Source: a virus. From it: a DNA stretch of 64,000 nucleotides. The translations under genes and the position numbers were made by a program. The stretch is from positions 64,001-128,000 of IMG/VR virus record IMGVR_UViG_3300013126_000012. The stretch is one strand, 5' to 3'. The notes below the pieces were generated by a model. The model ran no database searches and was not told where the DNA came from. It saw only the letters and a list, made by a program, of their open reading frames with translations. Of this stretch, positions 19,756-29,670 are shown in pieces (positions within the stretch are counted from its first letter, which is position 1; every line of letters begins with the position of its first letter).

Positions 19756-19782
19756 AAAAAAGGGTGACCGAAGCCACCCTTT
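19756..19782 (-). terminator. Intrinsic terminator after the major capsid gene
   Basis: AGGGTGGC-TTCG-GTCACCCT-TTTTT. Confidence 0.9.
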
Positions 19783-19832
19783 CTCTTTTAATTAGTTAAT
19801 TCGTTAAATATAAAGCTAATCGAAGTTAACTA

Positions 19833-21500
19833 TTAAAGCGTGTTAAGACCGTGAACGTATACTTTTCCGTAGAATTCAGGACGAACTACTTTCTTCGCAT
19901 AACGTGTCATAACACCTTTACGTGGAGTGAAGTTTACTGGATCATATACAAGCGGAGTCATAATCAACGGAATATATGGGCTAAATACAGCACCTGTTTC
20001 AAGGAACTGTGCACCACGGAATCCCATAAGGATTACATTCTCTAACATGTATGGGTTTTTGTATACTGTATAACGGTTATTGATGCTACCAATTTTTTGA
20101 ACACCTGCAGCAAATTCCATTTTGTTACCATCTGTCTCAGCAGCAAATCCTGGGATAGACTCAAGGATAGTTGCAACTGCAGGAGATGTTACTAAGAAAT
20201 TAGCACCACCACGTAATGTTTTTTGGTGAATCTTATTAGATACTTTTTGAAGTTTGGTACCTAAAGTTTGGAACCATCCACCTTGGGTGTTGTAATATCC
20301 ATCACCAACCGCAGTAGCTGCACCAGCACCAGATTGAGTAAATCCAGAACCGTTCCAGAAGTTGTTGTTTAATGCTGACCAATACTCAGTTGTTGGAGCT
20401 GCTGAAATCAACATATCAAGGATTTCAAGATCGATTTCCATTGATACATATTCAGACAACATTGAAGTTAATTCAGCTTCAGCATCAATTGAATGGTATG
20501 CATTTAAATCTTGAGCAAATTCAGGAGTCCATACTGCTTTCAACTTACGAGTCTTAGCAACAATTGGCTCAGATTGCATTTCAAGGTTGATTTCTGGTAT
20601 ATCAATATCAACACCAGTGTTAATACCTGTATTAGCAGAAGATCCTTTGAATGGATTTTTGTCTTCAAAATCACCACGCGTGATATCGGTAGGTTGTTTG
20701 CTATAATTTAATTTGAAATTTCCAGCACCGATTGATGAAGAAATTGCAGCTGCTTGAGTTGTTGTTACAATAAATGATGCAGTGTAATTGCTAGTAATAG
20801 TTGAAAATGCTTGTACCGGGATAATTTCAGTCTCTCCAGATCCAGAAGCAAATGTCCAAGAACGTACTGCATATAAATCAGCATCAGTAGGTACATTGAC
20901 AGTTACGGTTTTGTAACTTGATAATGCTGTTGTAAAATTACCATCATAATTAACAGATGCTGAAGTAGCATTAGTTGAACTCGTTTCTGCAGTTACAGCG
21001 GTAGTTGTATAAGGAATTGAATATCCAAAACGACCAGCACCATAAAGACCGCCAGCTGCATCACTACCAGTTGTAGTAACACCAAACATTGAGTCTAATG
21101 CATTAGGATTTCCAAATGGATCTCCGGTACGATTTAAATTATCATCATCAAATCCCGGTACAGCTGTACCATATTTGAAGTCAAGATAGAAAATAAGACC
21201 TGATGGCAAATTCATTGGTTGAACTGAAACGAATTCTTTTGCTGCAAATTCAGCAAAAATACGACGTACCAATGGAAGTGCTACACCTGCCCACTCTTCT
21301 GATCCTTGTGCAGTTCCAGTTGCAGATGATTCTTTTACTAATTGACGTGCTTGGTTTTCAAGCAATTGTGCCATTCCGGCACGTTCGGTTTCGCCACGAA
21401 GACCTTCTAAAAGTCCCGTTCTTTCCCATTTCGTTACCAACGCTTTTGCATTGTTTCGTTGAACGAAATCATTTGTTTGTAATAAGTTTGAAATACTCAT
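19833..21500 (-). CDS. gp23: Major capsid protein
   Basis: VSVQPMNLPSGLIF, AKTRKLKAVWTPEFAQDLNAYH, EIDLEIL, YIPL, FTPRKGVMTRY. Confidence 0.97.
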   Translation of the reverse strand: MSISNLLQTNDFVQRNNAKALVTKWERTGLLEGLRGETERAGMAQLLENQARQLVKESSATGTAQGSEEWAGVALPLVRRIFAEFAAKEFVSVQPMNLPSGLIFYLDFKYGTAVPGFDDDNLNRTGDPFGNPNALDSMFGVTTTGSDAAGGLYGAGRFGYSIPYTTTAVTAETSSTNATSASVNYDGNFTTALSSYKTVTVNVPTDADLYAVRSWTFASGSGETEIIPVQAFSTITSNYTASFIVTTTQAAAISSSIGAGNFKLNYSKQPTDITRGDFEDKNPFKGSSANTGINTGVDIDIPEINLEMQSEPIVAKTRKLKAVWTPEFAQDLNAYHSIDAEAELTSMLSEYVSMEIDLEILDMLISAAPTTEYWSALNNNFWNGSGFTQSGAGAATAVGDGYYNTQGGWFQTLGTKLQKVSNKIHQKTLRGGANFLVTSPAVATILESIPGFAAETDGNKMEFAAGVQKIGSINNRYTVYKNPYMLENVILMGFRGAQFLETGAVFSPYIPLIMTPLVYDPVNFTPRKGVMTRYAKKVVRPEFYGKVYVHGLNTL

Positions 21501-21530
21501 CGTTTTCCTTTTGTTTGTTTTTTTTTTGTT

Positions 21531-22568
21531 TTACAATAATCCAGCTAATTTTTTCCATCTGTTAGCTAATTCAAAGCCTTCAGATAAAACTTGGGTTGTT
21601 TCTACTCTTGGCGCCGTAGTTGTAATTGGTTTAGAAGCATATGATTCTTTAACTACTCGTTTCTTTGTTGGTCTTTTAAAACTTTCAGCCAATGTAGCAA
21701 AAACTAATTTTGCCTCTCTTGTATTGCCAGCTCTGTCAAAATTTTCAATTACTTTCATTTTTTGAGGTTCTGACAATTCAAAATTGCGGAATAACTTGTT
21801 TGTGTAAAGAAGTTTAGCATTAAGCAAGTTTACTTCATTGATAACAGTTTGAAGATGTTTAACTGTGCGATATGCTTCTGTAAGTTCTTCATTTTTTGCA
21901 TCCAATTCCATTTCCATTGCTTCCATTGGCGTTTGTTTTTTAGACGCCATCATATCTTCTTCATCCTCTTCACGAAGAATAGCTTCAATGATTTCATCAA
22001 TTGACTCAGAAGTCATATCATCTTCTGCATCATAGCCTTCCGCAGTCATATCATCTTCTGCATCATAGCCTTCCGCAGTCATTTCGTCTGATCCTAGATC
22101 GCCCGTAGTCATTTGGTCTGATTCTAGATCGCCTTCTAATTCACGAATGATTGATTCGATATTTAAATCGCCGTCATACATTCCTTCATTGTACTCGGCA
22201 GTCATTTCTTCGTCACTCGGTACTTCTTCTTCTGCAGTATCTGCAACTTCACCACCACCTTGTGAATAAATGTCGAATTCATCAAATTCACCATCACCAT
22301 CAACATCAATTGATAAATCACCAACATCATTTCCACCCGGAAGTGTTTCTGCTGCAGCAGCAGCATTCATGTCCTCACCAGCTTCTTTTCCGCCAGTCAT
22401 GTCCATGTCTTCTTCGCCTTCGATCTCGTTTGTTAACTTAGTTGATAACATTCTTTCTAATCTAGGTGCGAAGGCTTCTTGTAAAGCAATTTTTGCGTTT
22501 GCTAAAGCAGTTTCTTTAACAGCTTTTGCGTCAGCAATTGCTTCTTTTAGCAAGTCTGATTTTGCCAT
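21531..22568 (-). CDS. Prohead core scaffolding protein (gp22-like)
   Basis: Highly acidic, coiled-coil ends; immediately upstream of the capsid gene; AAGGAG RBS. Confidence 0.8.
   Translation of the reverse strand: MAKSDLLKEAIADAKAVKETALANAKIALQEAFAPRLERMLSTKLTNEIEGEEDMDMTGGKEAGEDMNAAAAAETLPGGNDVGDLSIDVDGDGEFDEFDIYSQGGGEVADTAEEEVPSDEEMTAEYNEGMYDGDLNIESIIRELEGDLESDQMTTGDLGSDEMTAEGYDAEDDMTAEGYDAEDDMTSESIDEIIEAILREEDEEDMMASKKQTPMEAMEMELDAKNEELTEAYRTVKHLQTVINEVNLLNAKLLYTNKLFRNFELSEPQKMKVIENFDRAGNTREAKLVFATLAESFKRPTKKRVVKESYASKPITTTAPRVETTQVLSEGFELANRWKKLAGLL
22011..22082. repeat. 33 bp perfect tandem repeat (2.2 copies) in the scaffold gene
   Basis: agtcatatcatcttctgcatcatagccttccgc twice, encoding MTAEGYDAEDD; an imperfect 30 bp repeat follows. 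Confidence 0.95.
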
Positions 22569-22703
22569 CGTTTCTCCTTAAATTTTGTTTTTTGGAAATA
22601 AGATTATTTGAAATCTTAATAGAATATAAATAATAAGTATAAACGCTATATAAAGATGAATAGCGTATTCTAAAATAAATATAGCACCGTTTGAAAAACC
22701 AGT

Positions 22704-22732
22704 AAAAAAGCCCTAACTTTTTTTGTTAGGGC
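22704..22732 (-). terminator. Intrinsic terminator after the bS21 gene
   Basis: GCCCTAAC...GTTAGGGC-TTTTTT. Confidence 0.85.
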
Positions 22733-22753
22733 CTACTTTTTTTGTTAAAAGAA

Positions 22754-22990
22754 TTAAAATGAATTTAAATCTTTAATTCGTTGAATGAATGCAGCTCGTT
22801 TTTTCTGTGCTCGTTTTTCAACACACGGTTTTATAAATTCTTTGCGTTGTTTAACTGCTTCTAAAACTCCTGCCGATTTTACTTTACGTTTCCAGGTTCT
22901 TAAAGCAAACCCTAAATCTTGATTTACTACGTTAACTGCCGTTGCATTACCTGGTAAAATGCTTTGATGTTGTTTTTGGTGTTTATTCAT
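22754..22990 (-). CDS. rpsU: Phage-encoded ribosomal protein bS21
   Basis: V.V...DLGFALRTWKRKVKSAGVLEAVKQRKEFIKPCVEKR matches the bS21 pattern ALRRFKR...G...R..YEKPS..R. Confidence 0.85.
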   Translation of the reverse strand: MNKHQKQHQSILPGNATAVNVVNQDLGFALRTWKRKVKSAGVLEAVKQRKEFIKPCVEKRAQKKRAAFIQRIKDLNSF

Positions 22991-23002
22991 GTATAACTAT
23001 TT

Positions 23003-23578
23003 TTAAATTTTTCTAGATGGTTTAGAATTTCTTACATTAAATCTAAAATGTTTTAATTCTGGTTTTTGTGCTAAATATCCTTGAAGTTTTTGAGATTCTA
23101 AAGCAGGATCTTGTCCTAAACGAAAATAAAAATAACCAATTTTCTTATTTGGAGAAATTATTTTTTTAATTATAGTAAAGCCTTTTCGTTTTGACCATTC
23201 TTGTATTTCTTGTGCAACTAATTCTGCAGTAGATGGATCTCGCAATACATATTCAATTCCGCCTCTATAATCTGTAATGTTATTAACTAGTTGTGCTTCG
23301 TCAATATCAATCTCTTTAATAGCCTTCTTACGTACGTTTCTGCGATTTTTTAAATAACGATCTGTTTTGGTATTTTTCTTTCCATCATTATCTATATCAT
23401 CATCTTCATGCCCAACTGGATCTAAATCTTCAGTTGTCATACCCGGCTTAACTAATTTAACAGTCATTCCTTTTTTAGCCATTTCTTCTGCTTGTTTTGG
23501 ATCTTCAGTTTCTATTTTACCAGCAGCTTCGGTTAAACCGAAAAAATCACGATATAATTTTTTTAATGAATTCATCAT
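23003..23578 (-). CDS. Hypothetical head-cluster protein
   Basis: Contains a DxDNDG loop (EDDDIDNDG) and several (I/L)xE sites. Confidence 0.75.
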   Translation of the reverse strand: MMNSLKKLYRDFFGLTEAAGKIETEDPKQAEEMAKKGMTVKLVKPGMTTEDLDPVGHEDDDIDNDGKKNTKTDRYLKNRRNVRKKAIKEIDIDEAQLVNNITDYRGGIEYVLRDPSTAELVAQEIQEWSKRKGFTIIKKIISPNKKIGYFYFRLGQDPALESQKLQGYLAQKPELKHFRFNVRNSKPSRKI

Positions 23579-23588
23579 TCTTACCTTT

Positions 23589-23617
23589 AATATAATAAGT
23601 TTTTTTCAAACAACCAA
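23589..23617 (-). promoter_or_regulatory. Sigma70-type promoter upstream of the 191 aa gene and bS21
   Basis: TTGGTT-N17-TATATT. Confidence 0.55.
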
Positions 23618-23618
23618 A

Positions 23619-23996
23619 TTATCCTACTTCGAAGTAACGATTCAAATGTTGTCCAATATTTTCATATGCAATTGCCATTCGATCTTGTGCTTCTTTTAAA
23701 TCTCGTGCAGCTTGTTCAAAATCACGATAATCTTCATGCATTCGTTTGTTACCTTTTTTATGAGCAACATTTGCCATCCAATCATCACTTTCGGTCATAA
23801 TTTTATCTGCACGATCTACAATTTGTTTAACACGTTCAACAATCTGCTCTAAGTCACCTTTACCATATACCCCATCACTCATTGCAGAAAAATTAGCAAT
23901 CTCTTGAACGAATGCTTGTTTTTCTTCACGTGTCATTGGCTTAGGTTGATCTTGCAGCAATGTTTCTAAAATGAATTTTAAATTTGGTGTTTTCAT
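23619..23996 (-). CDS. Hypothetical head-cluster protein
   Basis: 125 aa, translationally coupled to the protease gene (TAATG). Confidence 0.75.
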   Translation of the reverse strand: MKTPNLKFILETLLQDQPKPMTREEKQAFVQEIANFSAMSDGVYGKGDLEQIVERVKQIVDRADKIMTESDDWMANVAHKKGNKRMHEDYRDFEQAARDLKEAQDRMAIAYENIGQHLNRYFEVG

Positions 23997-24628
23997 TATA
24001 TTATCCTACATTTTCCATCTTCACATAAAATTGATGTGATAATGTTATTTACTTTTGCGTATTTATTTGTTGTTATATTTTTATTTACTGATTCGTGCAT
24101 GTGCGTAGGACGCATAAAAGCTCCATGGGTAGACGGATTAGATACAAAGTCCCAACATATCAATTCAAAATCTTCTTGGACTTCTACGGTGCCTTCATTA
24201 CGTAATTCTTTAACTGACCCTAACCCTCGCGAGGAAATTCCCAATATAATTCCAGCTTTAAAAAGTTCCTTAAGAATTCTACCAGATGGCGTATCTAAAA
24301 TTTGTACAGCTCCATGTAAATCATCACCTTTCCACCAAATTTTTAAAACATTATGAGAAACGTTATTTAAGTTTACTACTGATGATTCTGGATGATCTAA
24401 TTCGCCTAATGCTCTATGTTGATCGATATATTCCATTTGATAACGTTGACATTCTCTTTCTAAAATACGTTTTGGATATATACGACCGTTTTGATTTTTA
24501 GCGCCTGCTCGTTGCAAAACTCCTTGAACAACAAAACCACCAGGTATTCCATATGCAGCACCCGATGATTCAGTTAATGAACCTATAGGTTTAAACGGAA
24601 TATATTCTACTATCAGTTGTTTTGACAT
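23996..24628 (-). CDS. gp21: Prohead core protease
   Basis: NQNGRIYP, ALGELDHP, GISSRGLGS, DFVSNPS. Confidence 0.95.
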   Translation of the reverse strand: MSKQLIVEYIPFKPIGSLTESSGAAYGIPGGFVVQGVLQRAGAKNQNGRIYPKRILERECQRYQMEYIDQHRALGELDHPESSVVNLNNVSHNVLKIWWKGDDLHGAVQILDTPSGRILKELFKAGIILGISSRGLGSVKELRNEGTVEVQEDFELICWDFVSNPSTHGAFMRPTHMHESVNKNITTNKYAKVNNIITSILCEDGKCRII

Positions 24629-24629
24629 T

Positions 24630-25322
24630 TTATTCTCCTAATGCTCTTACTCGCTCCGATATTTTAATTAATCTTTCTGATATTTTATTTAGTGCGTTAT
24701 CTACAGAAGGACCATAGCCGTTTCTAGCAACACCAGATTCGTTTTTTAATTGAGATGCATACTTTACTGTTTGTTCAATTGATTGAAGCTGTTTTGCAAC
24801 TTCTTTAATTGTATGTTTAATTTTAGATTCGGGCGTTAATTTTGCATTGCCGGTAGCATATGAACGATATGATTCAATAAGTTGTTCATATTTAGAATCT
24901 AGCATTTCATCAATATTATGTTTGATTTTTTTAGTTTTGTCTTTTTTACTAGCAGTTCTCGGCGTACCTGTTAAATTTTTTGACGGGTATTCATAGTTTT
25001 TATGTTGCCAAATACCATCGTTTTCTGCAAAAGAAAATTTATCAGTATATTCTTCTTCATCCTCTGGTTTTTGATAAGAGCCTAATGTCCAATCAGCTGG
25101 TTTATTTACAGATTCATATGTTTTATTTTTATTTCGCCATTTTCCTGGTGCTGCAAATGCTGCAGGTATATTATATCCGGCAACTCCGCCGGTACCGGAA
25201 ATTTCATCAATCTCTTGGCTTTTACAAATACATTGATCCATAGGACGATCACATGCATCACAATAATCTGCAGATTCTATCACAATGAATTTTTCTTCAA
25301 TTTGTTTTAAAAACGATTTCAT
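24630..25322 (-). CDS. Hypothetical head-cluster protein
   Basis: 230 aa, coupled to its neighbours; several xxE-S sites and a C-terminal coiled coil. Confidence 0.75.
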   Translation of the reverse strand: MKSFLKQIEEKFIVIESADYCDACDRPMDQCICKSQEIDEISGTGGVAGYNIPAAFAAPGKWRNKNKTYESVNKPADWTLGSYQKPEDEEEYTDKFSFAENDGIWQHKNYEYPSKNLTGTPRTASKKDKTKKIKHNIDEMLDSKYEQLIESYRSYATGNAKLTPESKIKHTIKEVAKQLQSIEQTVKYASQLKNESGVARNGYGPSVDNALNKISERLIKISERVRALGE

Positions 25323-26173
25323 TAATGAATTCCTTTTAATTCTCTAATTAAATCAAAATAGCGCAACAATGAAAGTACATGAGATTCTTTAATCGATTTC
25401 ATATTTTCTACAGTACATAACATTTCTGAAAGTTTTTTTACTTTAATTTTTGTAGCTTTATCTGATATTTGATTTGCCTGTTGTGTCAGATCTGATTTGA
25501 TTTTAGGAATAATTTTTTCTACATATTCGCGTAATGCAACAGTATCATTAACATTTGTAATATACTTGTTCAACAATTGTTTTTGAGATTCATCTAATGT
25601 AGAAGAATATTTTGTATTAAATTTATCAACAAGTAATTTATATGTTAATAATCGAATGTCTTTTGTTTGAGATTTGAATACTTCGGTTAATGTATCTTTA
25701 ACATGAGATTTTTTTGTAGGCATCATAACATGCTCAACAATTACACTCTTATATGCTGATATTTGTTTCGGATTATCCGTTTCAGCATGTTCAAAAATCA
25801 TGTTAATTGATGCTAATGCCTTATAGTTCGAAATATGTATTTTGGCTAAATCGTCAAATACAAATTTTTCAGAAATTTCTTTAACTAAATTATATCGTTG
25901 TCGTTTTAATACAGACTGATTTAATTTATCGTGAGCAGCTTTTACTGTACGAATATAATCTAACGCGAGTGCTTCACTTTTAAATTGTTCTTTTATTAAT
26001 GAATTATATAAATACAATTCTTTTGCTAATTCTGTATTTTTACCGAAATATTTTTTAATAATATCAACAGTAACAGTTTTATTTGATGATAACGTTTCTG
26101 AAGTTAATTTTCTAACTAACATTTCAAAAAGAATTCCGGTATTCTTATATTTTGAATGTTTTAATTTCTTCAT
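25322..26173 (-). CDS. Hypothetical head-cluster protein
   Basis: 283 aa between portal and protease; late promoter upstream. Confidence 0.8.
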   Translation of the reverse strand: MKKLKHSKYKNTGILFEMLVRKLTSETLSSNKTVTVDIIKKYFGKNTELAKELYLYNSLIKEQFKSEALALDYIRTVKAAHDKLNQSVLKRQRYNLVKEISEKFVFDDLAKIHISNYKALASINMIFEHAETDNPKQISAYKSVIVEHVMMPTKKSHVKDTLTEVFKSQTKDIRLLTYKLLVDKFNTKYSSTLDESQKQLLNKYITNVNDTVALREYVEKIIPKIKSDLTQQANQISDKATKIKVKKLSEMLCTVENMKSIKESHVLSLLRYFDLIRELKGIH

Positions 26174-26216
26174 GTTTATCCAATCATTTTTTTATTTTAT
26201 ATAAATATGTATCTTT

Positions 26217-28058
26217 TTATAAAATGTTGTTTTCATCTAACAATGTGTTTTTATCTGAATCATCTTGTGTTTGTTTTGGTTTTAATGATTCCGTAATTAT
26301 AGACACGCCTTTATTTTTTATTTTTAAATGTTTTAATATGTCATGACCTTCTGCGGATACCGGACGATTGTTTCGATTCCATCTAGTATCCGGTTGAAAT
26401 GTTGTTTGTTGATTTTGTGGATTGAATACTTGTTTTAATTCTTTTCTACCGGTAAGATCCCATCCAAATGCATTTTTATGTTGACCGGACTTAATTCCTT
26501 CTTTTGGCCTGCCGCCTTTATCTTTTTCTTCTACTTCACCCGATGACATATGAATTGATGCTAAATCATGAGGAGTTCCATATGACACTCCAGTAACTGC
26601 AGGATCATTGCCTTCTTGTTCAATTTGGTTTTGACGGAATCTTAATTTTAAATCTTCTACAACATCACTTCGTTCTTGAAGCCATTGTTCTTCGGACATA
26701 TTAAATATGTATTCGTAAATGTATCTATCTGAAACTAGTTTTGAATCTTTCATAGCAGTTGCTAATGTCATTTTTTCAGTCATTAATGCAACTTTTTGTT
26801 GATCATATATGATTGATGGAGCCGTTAATTCCAATTGAAAACTAACCAAATCTTCACCTTCAAATCCTTGAGCATATAAATGTACAATTGCAATTTTAGT
26901 TAATTCAGAAATTGCAATTCTTTGAATTCGTTCGATTGTTCTAGCAAAACGAATATCCATTGCAGCTAATGTGGTTTTTCCCTCTACTCCTTCTTCATAT
27001 CCTAAAAATGCTTTTGGAATTTTTAAAGCCGCCATCATTTTATCTTTAACATAATTAATGTCATCCATTCCGGTAAAAGTCATACCCGGTAATGTATCAA
27101 TTGATGTTGTAGAGTTACCGCCGCGGACTGGTAAATAATAATCTTCTAACATATTGTTAAGATTAAATTTTAAATTGTAATTACCAGTTTGTTGATCGAT
27201 ATGTGGAATTTTTCTCATTTTATTAATAATCGTTTCCATAAATGAATCAACTTCATTTGGTGGAATGTTACCAATATCAATTTTAAATATACGTTTTTCT
27301 GGTGCACGCATAATACGATGAATTAACATCGCATCTTCCATCATCATTAATTTTTGAAATTCTTTACGAGCTCCTTCTAACATTGATCTGCCATATGGTA
27401 AAAAATTAGAATCTGATAACATTCGGAAATGTGCCATTTCAAAAACATCATACGTAATATTTGGACTACCAACGTGACGAAATTGAATTTTATATTCTCC
27501 CGTTGCTTCATCATATTCTTCAAATCGTTCTACTTCATATGCAGATAATGGTCGAACATTTAATACTCCAATCTCTTCTGCAATATCTAGTTTCAAAAAG
27601 AAATCCCCATATTTTACCATGTTTCGAATCCATGTCCATAAATTGAATTCTATATTTAAAACATCATAAAATAAATTATAAAGTATTTTTTGTACGTTTG
27701 ATTTGTCTGTTTTGATCGTTAGGATATCTCCAAATTGATCAGCTAATGTTGATTCATCTGAATATATATCGAGTGCTGAACTAATAATAGGATCTCGGTC
27801 CATCATTTCATAGTCAGCATAAAGCTGCATACGATTTTGATGCATATAGTAGTTAGAATCATAACCACCCATACCTCCAACCATGTGCTTATTTGCACCA
27901 TGCATTCTAGTATATCTATCTGCAACTTTGGTTTGATTTAAATTACCGACACCTTGTAGTCGGTTTGTATCTATTACTCGAAGTTTATCTTTACCATAAG
28001 CTCGAACAACCACATTCGTAGCAAATAGATTTTGTAAGCGTTTTCTTAGTGTCGGCAT
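26217..28058 (-). CDS. gp20: Portal protein
   Basis: YGRSMLE, EDAMLIHRIMRAPEKRIFKIDIGN, EDYYLP, IDTLPG, ALKIPKAFL. Confidence 0.95.
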   Translation of the reverse strand: MPTLRKRLQNLFATNVVVRAYGKDKLRVIDTNRLQGVGNLNQTKVADRYTRMHGANKHMVGGMGGYDSNYYMHQNRMQLYADYEMMDRDPIISSALDIYSDESTLADQFGDILTIKTDKSNVQKILYNLFYDVLNIEFNLWTWIRNMVKYGDFFLKLDIAEEIGVLNVRPLSAYEVERFEEYDEATGEYKIQFRHVGSPNITYDVFEMAHFRMLSDSNFLPYGRSMLEGARKEFQKLMMMEDAMLIHRIMRAPEKRIFKIDIGNIPPNEVDSFMETIINKMRKIPHIDQQTGNYNLKFNLNNMLEDYYLPVRGGNSTTSIDTLPGMTFTGMDDINYVKDKMMAALKIPKAFLGYEEGVEGKTTLAAMDIRFARTIERIQRIAISELTKIAIVHLYAQGFEGEDLVSFQLELTAPSIIYDQQKVALMTEKMTLATAMKDSKLVSDRYIYEYIFNMSEEQWLQERSDVVEDLKLRFRQNQIEQEGNDPAVTGVSYGTPHDLASIHMSSGEVEEKDKGGRPKEGIKSGQHKNAFGWDLTGRKELKQVFNPQNQQTTFQPDTRWNRNNRPVSAEGHDILKHLKIKNKGVSIITESLKPKQTQDDSDKNTLLDENNIL

Positions 28059-28091
28059 AATAATATCGTATTTAAATATAAATATAACTTG

Positions 28092-29669
28092 TTACAGAAG
28101 CCAGGTTAAATTTTCATTGTCGCGGCCATTGTTCCAGTGCCAACCATCTGCATTTGTTGATGGCTTACCCGTAAAAATAACTGATTCTGTTGTTTTTGTG
28201 AATTGAGAAAGTGTACGTTTGTGTAATTCAATTCCTTGTTGTCGCAGTTTAAGCGAAGTATCTCGTAACCATAATCCGATACAAAATGACATAACGAGGT
28301 CATCATTATAACCATTTTGTGATTGTGCTTTGCCATTTAACCAGATAAACACAAACAATTCTTGTATCAATCTTTTTGAACGAATTACGGGCGTTTGTTC
28401 TCGCATATACATTTCAAGTGCTGATATCATTAATGGACGCGTACGTGAGGTTGTTGATACTCCTGGAACCATTTGTGATTTATCCTTCATATCATAACCT
28501 TTTTTAAGTTGCACATCTACATCAACATATCCATCATCTTTATATGTATAAAATAAATTTTCATAGCTTCGGTCTAATGCGGGTTGAATTGCTGCCCAAC
28601 CAATATTGGCATTTTCTATTGCTAGCAATGCGTTGTTCCATTCCGTTGCAACCGATACGAGCATATTGCCAAAATCTTTAGGAGGCAATTTACCTTTATA
28701 TTCTGCAACCTGTGATACGCTTTCAACATCAATAACATGAAAAGTAGACCAGTCGGCGCCATCTCCTCGTGCAACGTCGGCTACTACTATGTAATTTTTT
28801 TCATAGTTAGGATATTCCCAAATCCAATATGCATTATCAAATCCTCTGCGTTCAATTGGCTCACTGCATTTATTTTCATAATCTAAAAGAATAGAACCAT
28901 CTATTACAGTATGACCGGATGAAATAAAATCACAGTCACATTCTTGTGCTGCACTTCGTTCTCCTAGCAATTGAGTTTGTTCATCGCGCCATTGTTGATC
29001 TCGATCCGGATGTACGGTCCAATGCAATTTAATTGTGTGAAATCCGTTGATGTTTGATTCAGCATCTGCCCAAGTTTGATGAAACCAATTACCTACCCCA
29101 TTAGGTGTAGATAATACAACCGCACCGCCACCTGTTGATAATGTTGCTTGCGATGCTACCCATATTTCTTCAATGTTTCGAATAAATGCAGCCTCATCAA
29201 TAATTAACAACGATAATGCTTCTGAACGTGCGCCTGTGGTTGCAGATGAAACTGCTTTAATTTGCGAGCCATTTTTAAACTTCAACGAAAGTTTGTTGTC
29301 CGCTTCAATAGTTCCCTTCAACCAACTTGGTAAATTATCATGCATTACGCGCACTTTAGTTACCAAGTTTTTTGCTACTTCTTGAGTTGTTGCAATAACA
29401 AGAACATTGAAATCTTCTTTAAACAACATGCTCCATAAAGCAAAGCCGGCAGCTAACGTTGATATACCTAACTGACGAGATTTCAAAATTACATTGTATC
29501 GATTATCTCGCAATTCGGTTAATGTATTTTCCTGAAAATCGTAAAGATTAAACTTAATCTTACCTAATTTTGGATGTTGAATATAACAATATTGTCGCAT
29601 AAAGAAAACAGGATCTTTAGCACACATTGTATACTGTTGTTGAATGATCTGTTTTATGTTTTGTGACAT
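28092..29669 (-). CDS. gp17: Terminase large subunit
   Basis: KSRQLGIST (Walker A), IIDEAAF (Walker B), STPNG, and nuclease motifs DVARG and NDDLVM. Confidence 0.97.
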   Translation of the reverse strand: MSQNIKQIIQQQYTMCAKDPVFFMRQYCYIQHPKLGKIKFNLYDFQENTLTELRDNRYNVILKSRQLGISTLAAGFALWSMLFKEDFNVLVIATTQEVAKNLVTKVRVMHDNLPSWLKGTIEADNKLSLKFKNGSQIKAVSSATTGARSEALSLLIIDEAAFIRNIEEIWVASQATLSTGGGAVVLSTPNGVGNWFHQTWADAESNINGFHTIKLHWTVHPDRDQQWRDEQTQLLGERSAAQECDCDFISSGHTVIDGSILLDYENKCSEPIERRGFDNAYWIWEYPNYEKNYIVVADVARGDGADWSTFHVIDVESVSQVAEYKGKLPPKDFGNMLVSVATEWNNALLAIENANIGWAAIQPALDRSYENLFYTYKDDGYVDVDVQLKKGYDMKDKSQMVPGVSTTSRTRPLMISALEMYMREQTPVIRSKRLIQELFVFIWLNGKAQSQNGYNDDLVMSFCIGLWLRDTSLKLRQQGIELHKRTLSQFTKTTESVIFTGKPSTNADGWHWNNGRDNENLTWLL

Positions 29670-29670
29670 A

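Noticed and set aside
19833-29669. Introns or inteins in capsid, portal or terminase genes
   Set aside because: Frames are continuous and of ordinary length, with no intein splice motifs seen.
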